Assembly: GCA_003344405.1 (NCBI GenBank)
Contig: NOWV01000031.1
Span: forward strand, 310,001-374,000
DNA length: 64,000 nt
Source of the DNA: Trichoplax sp. H2
Lineage: Eukaryota
Direction of reading: 5' to 3'
A program made the position numbers and the translations under genes. Numbering within the stretch: the stretch's first letter is position 1; the number at the start of each line of letters is the position of its first letter. Shown here in pieces: positions 1 to 14,536 of this stretch. The notes beneath the pieces are model-generated. The model ran no database searches, was not told the DNA's origin, and was given only the letters and a program-made list of their open reading frames with translations.

Positions 1-151
1 TCGCAATCTGTGCATTAATTAGAATACTATAGCTTCAACCAAATCATAACTACCATAATTTATTAGACTAGCCTAGATCAGTTATTCATCTGTATTCTCT
101 ATTTTAAATATCGTATCTCTGGATATAGCCACTTAATTCTAGTTTTATTAG

Positions 152-1016
<865 letters not shown>

Positions 1017-2758
1017 AATGTTGAATGTCTACGAGACTATCTAGTTTTCTATTACTCTTTTACCGTTATTGTCATAATCTATGTGCATACCAGATCTTGG
1101 TGAATTTTTTTAATCTTTGTAGCTTTATCAGTATCAATTTAATTTTAATTGCGTAGAGAACAATCATTCTTTCTTATTTGATTTAATTTTTCGAAATCTT
1201 GATCATGACTTTTCCACTTCATGGCGAATTTCTGCAGAGCTTCTGAAATTCATGTTTAGATTGAACTATTTTAGATAAAGTTTTGCACATCCATATAGTC
1301 TCAGTCTTCCTTGATTTAATATTATTTCTACTTATTCTCATTAACCATCCGATCTTGACAAGCTCGAAGATACTTATCGAAAGAATAAATAGATTAACAA
1401 AAATTTTAAATGTTTCGTCTAGATAGATTTGTTCACTCCAGGCTATGGAAGCATCATTTGTTACCTAATCTTTTCTACTATATTCTTCAATTTTATCTCT
1501 CATAAATACAACATCTATACCGACCATAATTATTATCAGAGCGAATTGTATAGATAATGCGTTGGTATCTTGAATAATCGAACCTATATTAATAGATAAA
1601 TACTTGATAGAATTCCATGATTGTGGATAATTTAAAGTACCTTATTTCCCCGTAATTGTAACTCGTCATTAGCGAATATTAACCTTGGTATCCAGTCTTA
1701 GCTATGTCAATAAGCGATTTTTAATCTACATCTGCAATAAATGACTTAATCATACGCAATAGCTCTACTTTGCTCAGTGCTATATTAATTCAAAATGTAA
1801 ATACAGATTAATCTATTACACTAGCTGTAAGGTTCGAATTTCATTAGTGACAATAATACTGTAAAGTATAATAACACAACAAAGGTGCATGTGCATGTCC
1901 TGTTATTAGCATGCCAATCCTAAACAATCGTAATAACAGGTAAATATTTCAAGAATGATATTGAATGCTGATATTCAACACCAGCTCAGCACCTGTTGTA
2001 TTCAATTTTAAATATCTTTATAGAAAATCGTATTTATTTGCATATTATAACTCTTTCCATTTAAAATATTAGCGTAAACAGACTCTTTACCTATAATTAA
2101 TGCAAGCATGATAAGACGGAATGCATGCTATAATTCTTTTCGATAGTTCGGCAGAAGCATGCAGAATTTGTTTACTGAGCTACTTTGGTTAGTTAACATA
2201 CTGAAAACGATGCTTGTAAACGGCCTTTTATTTGCATTCCGCCATTTTATTCCGAGAACTAAGTCACCTCTATCGATGAACTACAAATATTCACTAACCC
2301 TCGCATGTTACGTGTTGCCTTCTTTGCTGCCTTGCAGTCGAAAGACAGCAAATTACGTAGTGCTAATTAGCAGATTGACTATAGATCAATTTGCTCAATT
2401 GTCTCGATACAGCAGTCTACCTATACTGTTTACCGTGCCCAATACTTATACCTATTTTGAACATAGAATTCATTACAAGAATAAGAAATATCCATCCTAA
2501 TGATATCCTTAAGTCTTGCTTAATAACTTTCCAACATGCCAAACTAATATATTTTAAACGCTTACTTTGCTATCATTTCATATATAATCACTTTTATTTG
2601 CATTAAAAACTATTAGTTATACGCTACCCCTATGATATATAGGACTTCGAGAGAGCACATTTTTCCTTACAAACGCATCGCGATACAATAATTTCAGGGA
2701 TATATAGTATTACATTTACAATGCACTTAATTTAATTGGTTCAGATCAGTAAATAGAA

Positions 2759-3285
2759 ATGCAATTAACAGTTCCAGTTTACAATATCGATTTAATTGGT
2801 GCTATCTTAATTGTTCAATTGAACCAATCAGTACTAAGTATCCCATTGGAATACCGCTAAATGCAACCGCCTAACCGAATTAAGCTAATATAGACATAAA
2901 ATGATTTGGCCTCTAAGTTTTATATGAACTTTTAGTTATCACAAGTCCTCATTGGTCAGAAATCAGGCAGTTTGTGCTAATAACATTCATAACTTACATA
3001 TTTTGAATGTAATAGATTTATTGTATATTCGTATTGTAGTAAATAACTCGCATACCAGAAAATATAATGTTACCGTGGAACTTCTTACGGCAATTAGACA
3101 AAGTATTGAAGACTTGGCTTATTCGCAAATACGGCTATAGATTTAGACCGAGAGCTGGAAGACTATTTTAAAAAATTCAATTAATCTAAGTGCTCTTAGT
3201 TTTGGATTAAATTTAATTAATCCAAGCTTTATCTAGATTGGAAGTATCCACAAAGATACGCGAGAAGTAGTAACTTCAAGACAAG
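2759..3285 (+). pseudogene. Decayed coding exon relic, copy 1 (unknown protein, possibly SEA-like)
   Basis: Homologous to 8569-9095. Differences are enriched at synonymous positions in one + frame. Several stops and frameshifts. Confidence 0.4.
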
Positions 3286-3341
3286 GTTAGCATAAATTTA
3301 TTTTAATCTGTATATAGCATCCATAATCCGCATAATTTCAA

Positions 3342-3625
3342 ACGTAGACTAAATTGATTTCCTTGTACATTATACACTCAGTATACAGCCAACAAATTCA
3401 CTGGGAATTAGCAGAAGCTCTAAATCCAATTGAGAGCACCAACATTGATCATGGCTTGATATCAAAAATACCACCTGTAAATGGCACAAATGTAGACTAA
3501 ATTGATTTCCTTGCACTCTATATAGTCGATAGATTCACTGGAAATTAGCTGAAGTTCTAGGTCAAACTGAGAGCACCAACATTGATCATGGCTTGATATC
3601 AAATATACCACATGGAAATAGCTAG
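3342..3625. repeat. ~135-bp unit, 2 tandem copies (family also at 5989-6130 and 16609-17075)
   Basis: Unit AAATGTAGACTAAATTGATTTCCTTG...GGAATTAGCTGAAGTTCTA...TTGAGAGCACCAACATTGAT...ATCAAATATACCA is directly visible. Confidence 0.85.
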
Positions 3626-4409
3626 ACTGTCAAGCAGGTAACGAATTCTATGCTTTGCCTAATACTCGTACACCTATTATACTGTAGTATGTAAATTTAT
3701 ATAGGATCTATAGGATTAGTAGAACATTCCATTGATACTAATGAGTCGCTCAATATTACTTAGTTAATCTACTTATATGACTACTTGGTGCTTTAATATT
3801 GTCTAGCTACGAGATCGATCAATAATCAACCTCCAGGTAGCAAGTAAGATGATGGAGGCCATCATCGTTTTCTCTTCTTTGCCCCTTGGAGCCTCTGCGA
3901 TGATTACAGTGTATACTACTGCATAATGTAAAAATTGCAAGTTTACTTTACAGTACAACTATATCAAATTAATCCCGTACTATACAGTACATTGTGAAGT
4001 ATACAGTTAAATTCTCTAGATCGACGCCGTGTTTAATAAGGGACTGCTACCTGCTCACTGCTCAGCCATGGTTTACTCAATATTGATGGTTATTAATTAC
4101 TAGTGCAATCAGTTATTGATAAACTAAGCTAAATGAAGTCTCATCCGGTGCTAGAAACACTGTTGTTGTCTGTGGTCTAGCTAGTAATTATCGGATTACA
4201 TATTTCCTGAGTCCGGTATTGTCGCCAATGTTGCACACTTGTAACAACAAGTCCATGACTCAGCTCAGCTAAAGCAAAACTCGTCAATGACCGTGAATAA
4301 TCTTGTTTCAGTATTAGAGTTGACCTAGTTAGTATTCCTAGATGGAATCCAATGATCCAACGTATTATTCAGAGTAGTAAGTACTGACGACTTATCCTAG
4401 GCTAGTTGG

Positions 4410-5285
4410 ATGATTTCTATGGCACAACCTGAAGATTTGATATTATCCGATGTCTATTTATCCAGCTACAACCAAACTCAAGCTCTGCAACCTCATCAGT
4501 CTGCAAGACAATGTCGTTAAAATGATAAGATAACTCGATTCGCTTATCGGACTAGAAGCGAGCAAGAAGAGGAGGATGATGATGATCGATCAGACATGAA
4601 TTTCGATAGCGATGGAGATATGCAGTTGCAGTGCAGAAAAATAAACAAGAAGAGCTTTGCAAGATCGGTGCTCATACGACACTGCATGGCCACACCTTTA
4701 CAGCAAGTGGGTTTACAAGTTTGAAGAGGGGCTCTACTAATGTGTGATTTTATACTTCATCATGTTCGGCTATTTCGAGAACGTTATTGTTTAGAATTAG
4801 GAGCAGTTGTTGGCCTAGCGAGTCTAATAGTAGCGCCCTATGCAAAACGCGTTTATGCAACTGATATTGGTGACGATATTCTAAAAAATTGCTACCTCAA
4901 TCTTAACTACAATGAACATTTACTTGCCAATAGATCAATTTATGATATCATTCGAGTTCGAGAATTAAATTGGCTAGATGGTATACCGAAACTAGATTCT
5001 AATAGTGCAGCCGGTACAATAAACGCTCAATTTTCGTGGCTAAAGGATGATCTTCTCGAATTGTATGATTGTGTCGATACGATAATCGCGTGCGATGTTA
5101 TTTATGATGATAACCAAACAAGTGCATTATTAACATTAATCAAAGACATACTAATGCTAAGGAATTCAAAAAATAGTAAGAAACTGTTTATGTAGCTATG
5201 GAAAAAAGAATTAATTTTACTTTAATAGATTTAGAGGAAACTGCACCAGCTTATAATCATTTCCTCAGCAGCTTGAATGAGCTGA
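4410..5285 (+). pseudogene. METTL22: METTL22 pseudogene (recent duplicate of 17839-18715, 3'-truncated)
   Basis: Nearly identical to the intact copy. Lesions: TAA at 4518, TGG->TGA at 4722, SAM motif GAGVG->GAVVG, a 1-bp deletion at ~5180, and loss of homology after 5285. Confidence 0.93.
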
Positions 5286-5592
5286 AAATAGAATAACTTC
5301 TGTGATCATTTTAGAAATCGTACGCTCATTAGTAAATTATATAGAAAGATTCCAATTGCAATTATTCCTAAATTCCGATAAATAGTTTATCGTATATGAC
5401 TGGCTGACGAGTATAGTTCATTCCCGTCACTATCAGAGTAGATCCTATAAATCTCTTACTTATAATGTCTTTGCCATATTGTTACAGTATGTTAATATGG
5501 ACTGTATTTTACTAACCTTCTGATGATTGAATTATTTTTAGAAATATTTCATATTGTTATTACTAACTGACGGCGCAATAATTATTACAGGA
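5280..5592 (+). pseudogene. Copine fragment (exon end, intron, start of [13 protein letters not shown] exon)
   Basis: 5542-5580 translates [13 protein letters not shown] after an acceptor matching 500-521. 5280-5303 matches the end of copine exon 152-285. Confidence 0.8.
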
Positions 5593-6238
5593 GGTAAAAA
5601 CACGATTGTGAAATCTTCTGCTATTGTTTGCTTGAAGATTACTCCTTTAAGAAAGACGATGAATGCATCATTAGCTAACATAAATGATTACTCTGCTATA
5701 CTACCCACATCAGTATAAAATGTACGCCACGATTGTCATAATTATAATCAGAGCAATTGATATAAATAAAGCATTTGTATATTGAACACTTGAATGTATA
5801 TTAGAATAATATTAGATAAATACTAGATAGCATTGTAAACTTGTGCGTAATCTAAAGGGGATTTCGTTCTATTGCAATCACCTGTCCCAATAAAGTGCTC
5901 AATTTATTAAACTGACATCGACAAACTACCTTTAGGAGGGCTCAAAGCTAGAATAGACAATGATAGCATCCATAATCCTGTATAAGTACAAATGTAGACT
6001 AAGCTGACTTCCTTGTACACTATACAGCAAACAGATTCATTCGAAATTAGCTGAAGTTCTAAATCGAATTGAGAGCACCAACATTGTTAATGATTTGATA
6101 TCAAATATACCATCTGCCAATCACTAGACTATCAAGCGCGATTTTAGCTAATTCCATGCTAGCCTAATACTTGTACTCCTGTTATAGTATGTACAGTATA
6201 TTCATATATTGCGTCCTTATGACGTGCTGCCATAATTA

Positions 6239-7530
6239 AGACTATTATAATACAACTATTAAGCCAGTATTAGTCGACTGTCATACAGTTTGTTCGCGTA
6301 AGTACCGTAATTTACTGCTTCTGTTCTATTAATTTCTAGCTTACGTTTAATAGTATGCGCATATCATGCCAACGAAGTGGCAATATCGGGACTAAATTTA
6401 TTATCCTGTAATTTCTACTTAGCTACTGCTTCCAATTTAAAATGTGACTATAAATCCTCCACGTTACTAAATCACTTTGCATAATCCATGCATTCTATCG
6501 CTAAATGCGTAGATATCTCAAAATGCTTATACAAACATGTATCAATTATTATATAATTATTATTGCATACGAACTTTCCGGGGCCTCTAGAGTATTTCCC
6601 GTCACCCCGGTAGAATCTACTAAAAGTAAATCAAAATATCATCGTAAAACGATTGCAATACGTGACGTCAATATTATCTCGAAATAATCACTTACACAAA
6701 GATTACGATCTAACATATCATCAAAAGTATTCTTTTACAATTTTCAATCCTAATTTTATTATGAGCTTGTATTACAATCATACAGTATGTAGAAATGCTA
6801 GATAGTTAAACTACTACTGATAATATTTAGATGAGTAACCTCTAATAAGAAAATGGGCACTATTTTCATAATCGATCTCTACACGATAATTTTAAGTTTT
6901 GGGCTATACTAACAACTTTATTAATGCTATTAAAGATATAAATACGTATTATTAAACGCAAAGGTAGCACTTCTATAATTTCATTCATTGTTTGTTTTAT
7001 TTCACAGTTCCCAACTTAACGGCATTTCCAACTGGATTCAGATATCCAATATTCTTTGTTCCAACAGTAGCAGCATCGCCTTCACTTTGTGGTTGGCTTA
7101 TTGGTACTGTAGTTGGAAGTGCTATATTATTTATTGTGGCTGTTGTAATTTTGACTGTTAGGCGCTATCGTTAGCATAGCTATGTAGCACGAAAGTAACA
7201 ACAATATAGAGTTCTTTGAACCGTTTATAACATTTATAGAAAATGTAATTCTACACATTACTAGCATACCCCCATTTCAATCGAAATAACATGGTACCAT
7301 ATAAAGACTGTGTTACACTTGTAGCTTATCCTAAAAGTGGTCATTCTAAGTTGGATTTTAAAATCTAGGTGTGTTATAAATCGATACTTGTATCGGCAAA
7401 ACATTAAATTTATAACAAAAAACATAAGATTATGAGTCTACTGTCAAGTTTATCCTCACCGACAATAAGAAATTGTCAGTGAGGAATAGTAACCACTAGT
7501 CTCTCTTTAGAAAAACTGAACCCAAACTTT
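6239..7530 (+). repeat. Segmental duplicate of 13538-14897 (CUB gene intron 4, last exon and 3' flank)
   Basis: Collinear similarity from AGACTAtTATAATACAACTATTAAGCCAGTATT to AAACTGAACCCAAACTTT. Confidence 0.85.
7008..7219 (+). pseudogene. Orphan stalk/TM/tail exon of a CUB-receptor paralogue
   Basis: Acceptor TTTCACAG at 7007. Translation PTGFRYPIFFVPT...WLIGTVVGSAILFIVAVVILTVRRYR*HSYVARK*QQYRVL* aligns to 14322-14536 with two premature stops. No CUB exons lie upstream. Confidence 0.8.
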
Positions 7531-8568
7531 ACTGACAATAACGATTGTAATAACTGGTAAAGATTTTAGGTATAATGTTAAATGATCCCACCGAACACCT
7601 GTTGCGTCTAATTTTAAACATCATTATGTGGAAATCAGCATTTATTTGCATGCTATAACACTTTATATTAAAAATTTTAACGTAAGCGGGCTCTTTTTCT
7701 ACGTTCAAAGCAAATAGGATAAGACGAAATGGCTGTTGTAATTCTTCATGATATTTCGGTACAACCATGCGGAACTTGCATTACTGAAATACTCCAGTAG
7801 ATCAGTTAGATTAAATATTTCGGTACAGTAGCTTAACTATGCCGTTTGTCGTACCCAAAAGTTATACCTATTCTGAATATAGAATTACAATAGTGCCAAT
7901 ATTCATCCTCATAATATCCTTTAATCTTTCTTAATAGCTTTCCAACATGCCAAATTAGTTTACTTTTAAACGTCTCATTTTGAAATTGTTTCACATACTG
8001 TACAATTACTTTTTTCGCATTAAAAACTGTTAGTTACATGCCACTCCTATGATATATCTAAATTATCGTTGTGACAGGTTCACCACCAGTACCACAATAG
8101 CGTTCATTTTTCCTTACAACCGCATGGCTATAAAATGATTTTAGGACTATATAGTTGTTACAACTTCCAAATTTTGTAACAAGTACTAGATCTGCACTCA
8201 GCAAGGAGACCCAGTAATTAAGTTGAAGAACTACCTTTATCGTTAAAATAAAGAGTTTATATACTTTATTTATTGTGACCTTTGATCTACTGGCGTAGAT
8301 CACAAGAACATCACTAACAGAAAGGTTTCCCTAGTTTAGATATTACAAATAGAATATCATGCCAAGTATGGCAACATGAGAATAAATATATAGATAACCT
8401 TAATATAGTACAATAACTACATCTATATACGCATGACGTGATAACATCGTGATATTTAACTATATATAGAAAGAAGGTAACATACTAATTATGTAACTAT
8501 TACAGAACGTGACAATAGTGTAAAATTCACAATGCGTTTATTTTAATTAGTTCAGATCAATTGATACA

Positions 8569-9095
8569 GATACAATTAACAGTTCTAGTTTATAATAGTG
8601 ATTTAATTAGCATTATTTTAATTGTTCGATTGAACCAATCTGTATTGAGCATTCCATTGTGATACTGCTAAATGTAAACCATATAACTAAATCAAAGTGA
8701 TGTAGATGTAAAATCAATTTGACCCCTAAGTTTTATATGAACTCTTAGTTATAAATAGTCTTTCTTGGCCAGAAATCAGGCAATTTTGCAAACAATATTA
8801 ATAACTTACATATTTTGAATGCAATAGATTTTCTGTCTACGCGCATTACAGTAGGAAGAGCGCATGCCAGAAAATATATTATCGTGGAATTTTTAACAAT
8901 AAGTACACAAAGTATTAAAAGCTTGGCTTATTCAGCAGACACAGCAATCGATTTAAATAGAGAGCTAGAAGACTATTTAAAAGAGTCGATTATTCTTAGT
9001 GTTCTTAAATTTGGATTAAATTAAATTAATCTAAGCTTCGTCTGGATTAAAAGTAGCCATAAAGATACGTGAGAAGTGCTAATTCCAAGACAACG
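8569..9095 (+). pseudogene. Decayed coding exon relic, copy 2
   Basis: Paralogous to 2759-3285 inside duplicated block ~2405-3300 / ~7820-9110. Includes ORF 8815-9024. Confidence 0.4.
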
Positions 9096-10744
9096 TTAGC
9101 GTAAATTTAGTAATTTGCAATTATCGTGTAAAGTTTAGCCCTTTCTCTAGCAGTAAAAGTATTTCCAAAATCAGTACTGTAATTGTCGTCGAAAGACTAA
9201 AAAAATATCGGCTATTTGAAGATTAAAGCTATCATCATCATCATTCGTAATTAAAATATTTAAGTTCTGGTTTCATACTTCAGTACTTCCAATAACTAAG
9301 AGTAAATTTTCAGCCTCGAGGATAACTACTCAAGTAAATAATCAATTCAGTCTAATTGCTGCATTAATCCTCACTAGTATCTAATCTTTACGCGAATTTG
9401 ATATTTTGCTTTCGGGTTTGCTTCTTTATACAATTAAGAGAGAATATTCAACCTAAACAGTAACCGCTTCTTGCAACTAGTCAATTTCGTCTTATCATTG
9501 TAGTTGCTCGCCCAAAATATAGTTCAACAACTTAATGTGATTATCGATTTTTAAATTTCTTTCTTCAAATATAACAAGTGAACGTGTAACTTAAAGAATG
9601 ATATACTTCATGATACTGATCAGTTCATTCTTATCACTGTAGTTATATACGCCAGTCTAATTTGTTTCTGTTGGCGATACTAAGGTTGTTCGCGTATTAA
9701 ACGTAAATATGAAACCATCACATATGGAGCTTGCTAATTTAACTTAAAGTTTCATAATAATTATATTACCACGATAGTATCGATTCAAATATTACTTTAT
9801 GCTACTTGCGCTAAATTTTTTATATAGTTAGTTACGAAAACCTTATCTTTGGTTTTACCATAGTATAGCTTTGTTACTTCACGACGGCCATTTGGCTTAA
9901 AGTAGCAATGATCTACTATTTATATTATTGTGACCTAACATATTTGAAAATTTCTATTTTGACCAGAGAATACGTATATTTCAATGTATTCAATATATTC
10001 TGAATTACCAAGTAGAAGTTAAGAAATTTAAACTAGCTAATTCGTTTTGGGTATTATTATAGTATAGTCAACTTTATTCCGATAAGGATAATTAATAGGC
10101 ACTGCTAGCATTTTGATTTACTACAGCTATACACTTACGGCTAAAGGTGCAATACGATACACTTATAATTTATCAATTTAAAACAGTACTCAAAGTAGAT
10201 AGTAATAACGTTACGATTATTTTACTGAGATTCATGACAATAGCACGGCAGTACCGATCCTCCTCACCTTAAGTATTAAATGTTATCGACCTCGTTAAAC
10301 TTTATAATTTATAGATACTTTTTCTTCGTTTAGGCTATTTGTGCTAAATTTTTCATTTACGTAGCTAAACTTTATCGTTAGTCTTGCCATACTAGAGTTT
10401 TGTTACTGTATGGCAGCTATTCCACTTAAAGTAGCAATGATTAATTATCTACATTATTGTAGTCTAACATCTTTGGGAACTTCTGTTTTGACCTATGAAT
10501 AAATTTCAATTAATTTCAATTTATAGTACTGAAAATGTAATGCGACACATTGATAACTTATCAACTTATTAAAAATTGTATTCATAGAAAATAATATGTA
10601 ATCTTGTGATTACTTTACTCAGAACCATGATAAAGGGAAAAAATTACCGTAGCTATGATTTATGTTAGCGATTTTACGGAATAAATTAATAAAAATTATC
10701 TATCTATTGATAGGTTTGTATACGTTGAAGTTTCGTTAAGAGCA

Positions 10745-13700
10745 ATGGCAGTTACACTTCCTCTCTTAGTCCTGTTCGTACTCTTTTCCAATGCTAATGG
10801 TAAGTATTATCAACTTATAGCTTCAATTATTACTAAAACTTTACTTCACTTTTTAGTTATATTAATTTCTTATTTCTTTTGATATAGCGGCATGCAATAA
10901 GAGTTTTACCTTAAGCAGTGATACTTTCGCTACCGAAAACTTTCCAAACCGCAATTTTACCGGATATTGCCATTACCAAATTAAACTTCCTTTTCGCCGT
11001 GCAATTGATTTACAATGGCTAGCATTTGATGTTGGATCTCCTAAAGTAAACAGCAAATGTCCTGATAATTATGTAACAGTCTATGATGGCGCTAAGCTAC
11101 AACCTCAACACACGTATACATTTTGTGGTAAACAGCCACAAAATATAACTTCGAAAACTAATATTCTGTCAATCATCTTATATGTTAACTCCAACCGTTC
11201 CCATCATGGTTTTCGCGTAAAATATACATCACGTAAGTTATACTTGTATCCATAAAATCTTTTATGCTAGAAAAAAGAGCTAAAATAGTATACTGTGTAA
11301 GATATAGAAGAAGGATTGAATCTGTTTTACGTTTCGTTTTCTTCACTGCCAGAACGGCGATATTGGAAAAATTATTACGATTTTGGAGTGTAAATACTCA
11401 ACACACTAGTTACTATATTCTTTAAGAACAGATTTGAGCAATTTGAATCTACTTTCACCAGAGTTCTATTACATGAAAACTCATCAACTAATTTTTTAGG
11501 AATTGAGTTAAGTACGTTTGAACTAGAATTAATCCAATGCCCATTATGATTAAAACGAAGTTTGGTATAGTCTTAGAAATTATAGCCGTGTTACCTTTTA
11601 GCTATAGAATAGAGCGATTATAGCTGCAAGTTATTATATAACTAGCGCACCATATGCTAGTTACATCATTACGTATGATCGCTTTCGTCAGTATGATATT
11701 TTCTGGATGTAGTAGATTTTTGTTTTCCAAATTTCTTTTATCTTCTCTTTCATCTTTCAGTTGAAATGTCAATATGTAAACTTTAATTTGTTGCTATTCA
11801 TTATTTATACAATCATGCTTGATTTTTATTCAATTTTATCCCTTTCAGATACAGTTACATGCCCAGTGTTATATTACTCTGGAATAAATGGAATCTTGAC
11901 TAATCCAAGTTTTCCCAATTCTGCTCCTGCCCCTTATTATTGTACAAGGGTTATTACTGTGCCTGAAAATAACCTAATTAAGATAGATTTTTTGACTTTC
12001 TCTGATAGTTCTAACCTTTATCCTAACTCCAAATGTAAAAGTGGCATGAAATTATATGATGGAAGCTATAATGTTTCTGAAAATCAAGTTTATAAGTTTT
12101 GTGCGTATATTAAATCTCCACCATCATTTACATCCAGTTCAAATATGGTTTCTATCAGTTTTTATGACAACCACAACAGTGGTGGAAATCTAGTTTTCGC
12201 ATTTTCATACCAAGCAGGTAAGTTAAATGTAGTAACCTCAATGATGTCTGCTAATATTCTAACAAAGGAATGTAGGCGACAAATAAAGAATATATCAATC
12301 ATGATGCAGAGTTCATTTTAGAGAAGAATTAGCGATGCATTTAATTCAATACTATGCAAATAGTATAGTTACATCGCCGAAAATATATTTTTTACGAAGT
12401 ATCTTTTGCATGACTGTTGTAACATAGTTTCCATAAGATCATTTATCTAGAAACGTTTTTAATATTAATTTATCTATGCTGTCACGGATATTTCAATAGA
12501 TAATCGCATAATTATATGATATTATTCGTGAACTGATAGTTAGTGTCTATATAGCCTTGCTATAAATTGGCTGACTTTTGAATAATGTTTGGATTTAGTT
12601 TTGTTAACGAGAAACCAGTTTTGTTAGTGTTCCTCCCAACAATAGTTTATCGTCAATATTTGGAGTATTACTGTAGGTAGATATTAGGGAGGAAAAAACT
12701 TCGATAGGAGACTCATATTCTTAAGCTGTCAATGATAGTTGAATTTTTTCTTGTTACAAAGTTAGATTTATAACAATATTATAAAAGTATCCTAACTGAA
12801 TTATAAATTCATTATATAAATAGTAATGATATTGAATATTGATCATAAAACTAAATTTTGTCGATATTGCAAGAGGGAGCATAAAGTACTCATTTCTCTA
12901 TTTGTTTATAACAGTTCCTCGAAAATCCTGCAATTACACTATGAAAACCCTAACAGGATCGATAACGATACCTTCTACGCCTAGCTATGACCACTCCAAT
13001 CTGACTTGTGTTACACTGCTGGAACCTCCCGCCGCCAAGTATCTTATTCTACAATGGAATAGCATCGGGGAAAATTTTAGAGATCCTCAAAAGTGTGATG
13101 ATTTTGTGGAAGTTTATCTTAGAAACATCAGTTCTAGTACTTTATATACCAAACTTTGCAATGCGACTCGAGGTACCACAATTTCTATTAAAAATCCAGA
13201 TAAGAAGATTTTTGTACGCTATGTCACCAAAAATTATAATAGCAGGAAACAATTCAATTTGAGGTATTATGGAGGTAAATATAAATATTAACTTATTATA
13301 CCTTTCAACTAATACGCAAGAAATAGCCTGCATCAGTATTAAAATGCTTTATTATGCTTTTTGCACGAAAATTATTTCCTTAAATGCTAATTAACCCAAT
13401 TCTTTTAGTTATCTGTTTCAAGCTACTTGAATCTAATTTTGAAACTTTCTACTTTTTTTTATTTTAGTTTCAAAATCTCAAGTTTCATTTACAATCCGTC
13501 AACCTATCCCAAATGTTCCGTGGTGCTTCCACACATTAGACTACTATAATACAACTATTAAGCCAGTATTGGTCGACATTCGTACAATCTGTTCGTGTAA
13601 GTACCGTAATCTACGACTTGTATTCAATTAATTACAAACTTATACTTAGTAACTTACTTGCATCATATCAATGAAGTAACAAATTCGAAGCTAAATTCAT

Positions 13701-14536
13701 TATCGCGTTATCTCTACTTACCTAGTGCTTGCAATTAAAAAGTTAGTATAAAATCTCCTTGCTACCAAATTACTTTACGTAATCTATTTAGTTTATTGCT
13801 ATATGAGTAGATATCTCAAAATGTTAGTAAAGATATGTAGCAGTTATAGATACTATTACATACAAACTACCTGGGCTATCTAGACTAGTTCCCGTCACCT
13901 AGTGGAAACTACTAATAGTAGAATAACATCATTATGAAATGACTGCAATACGTGACGTTAATATCATCTCGAAATAGTCACTTGCGCAAGCTTTCTATCT
14001 AACATGTCATTAAAAATTATACTGTTACAATCTTTTAATCTAAAGCTCATTTTGGGTCTGTACTACGATCAGACAATCGTATGCTGAATGATTATGTAGT
14101 TCGAACATATACTGATAGCATTTAGATGAGTAACCTTTAATAAAGAAAGAGACACTCTATAATTTCAATAATCTTGATACAATAATATTAAGCTCGTGTG
14201 GTATATTAACAACTTTATCAATGATGTTATTCGTTATATTCAATGTTACTACGATATGAATATTGATAAATACTATAACAATTCCTGAATAATTTCACTC
14301 TATGTTTGTTTCACATCACAGCTCCCAGCTCATCACCAACCGGATTCCAATCACCAACATTCTTTATTCCAACAATTATTATTCCGACTTTCGCACCATC
14401 GCCTACAACTTCTAGTTGGGTATATGGTGTTGCCTCATCTGGTGTATTAGTTTTGTTGGCCTTTTTAAGCCTGATGGTTTGGCTATATCGTCGGCGCTAT
14501 ATAGTACGAGAGCAACAACGGTATCGAACTCTTTAA
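10745..14536 (+). CDS. Type I membrane protein: signal peptide + 3 CUB domains + S/T/P stalk + TM + short tail (~447 aa)
   Basis: Exons 10745-10799 (MAVTLPLLVLFVLFSNAN), 10888-11232, 11849-12217, 12915-13274 and 14322-14536, joined by phase-1 GT-AG introns into an open 1344-nt frame. CUB motifs ENFP..CHYQI..FDV..C..NYVTVYDG..FCG..GFRVKY. TM segment WVYGVASSGVLVLLAFLSLMVWL is followed by YRRR. Confidence 0.88.

Noticed and set aside
2159..2606. 113-aa and 71-aa ORFs
   Set aside because: No recognisable motifs or splice structure, and the frame is not preserved in the duplicated block near 7820.
4740..5195. 151-aa methyltransferase ORF as a separate gene
   Set aside because: Internal fragment of the METTL22 pseudogene, with upstream stops, a mutated SAM motif and a frameshifted end.
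7676..7785. Minus-strand fragment WLYRNIMKNYNSHF resembling a Cys-loop receptor N-terminal helix
   Set aside because: Too short, followed by a stop, and no other receptor exons found.
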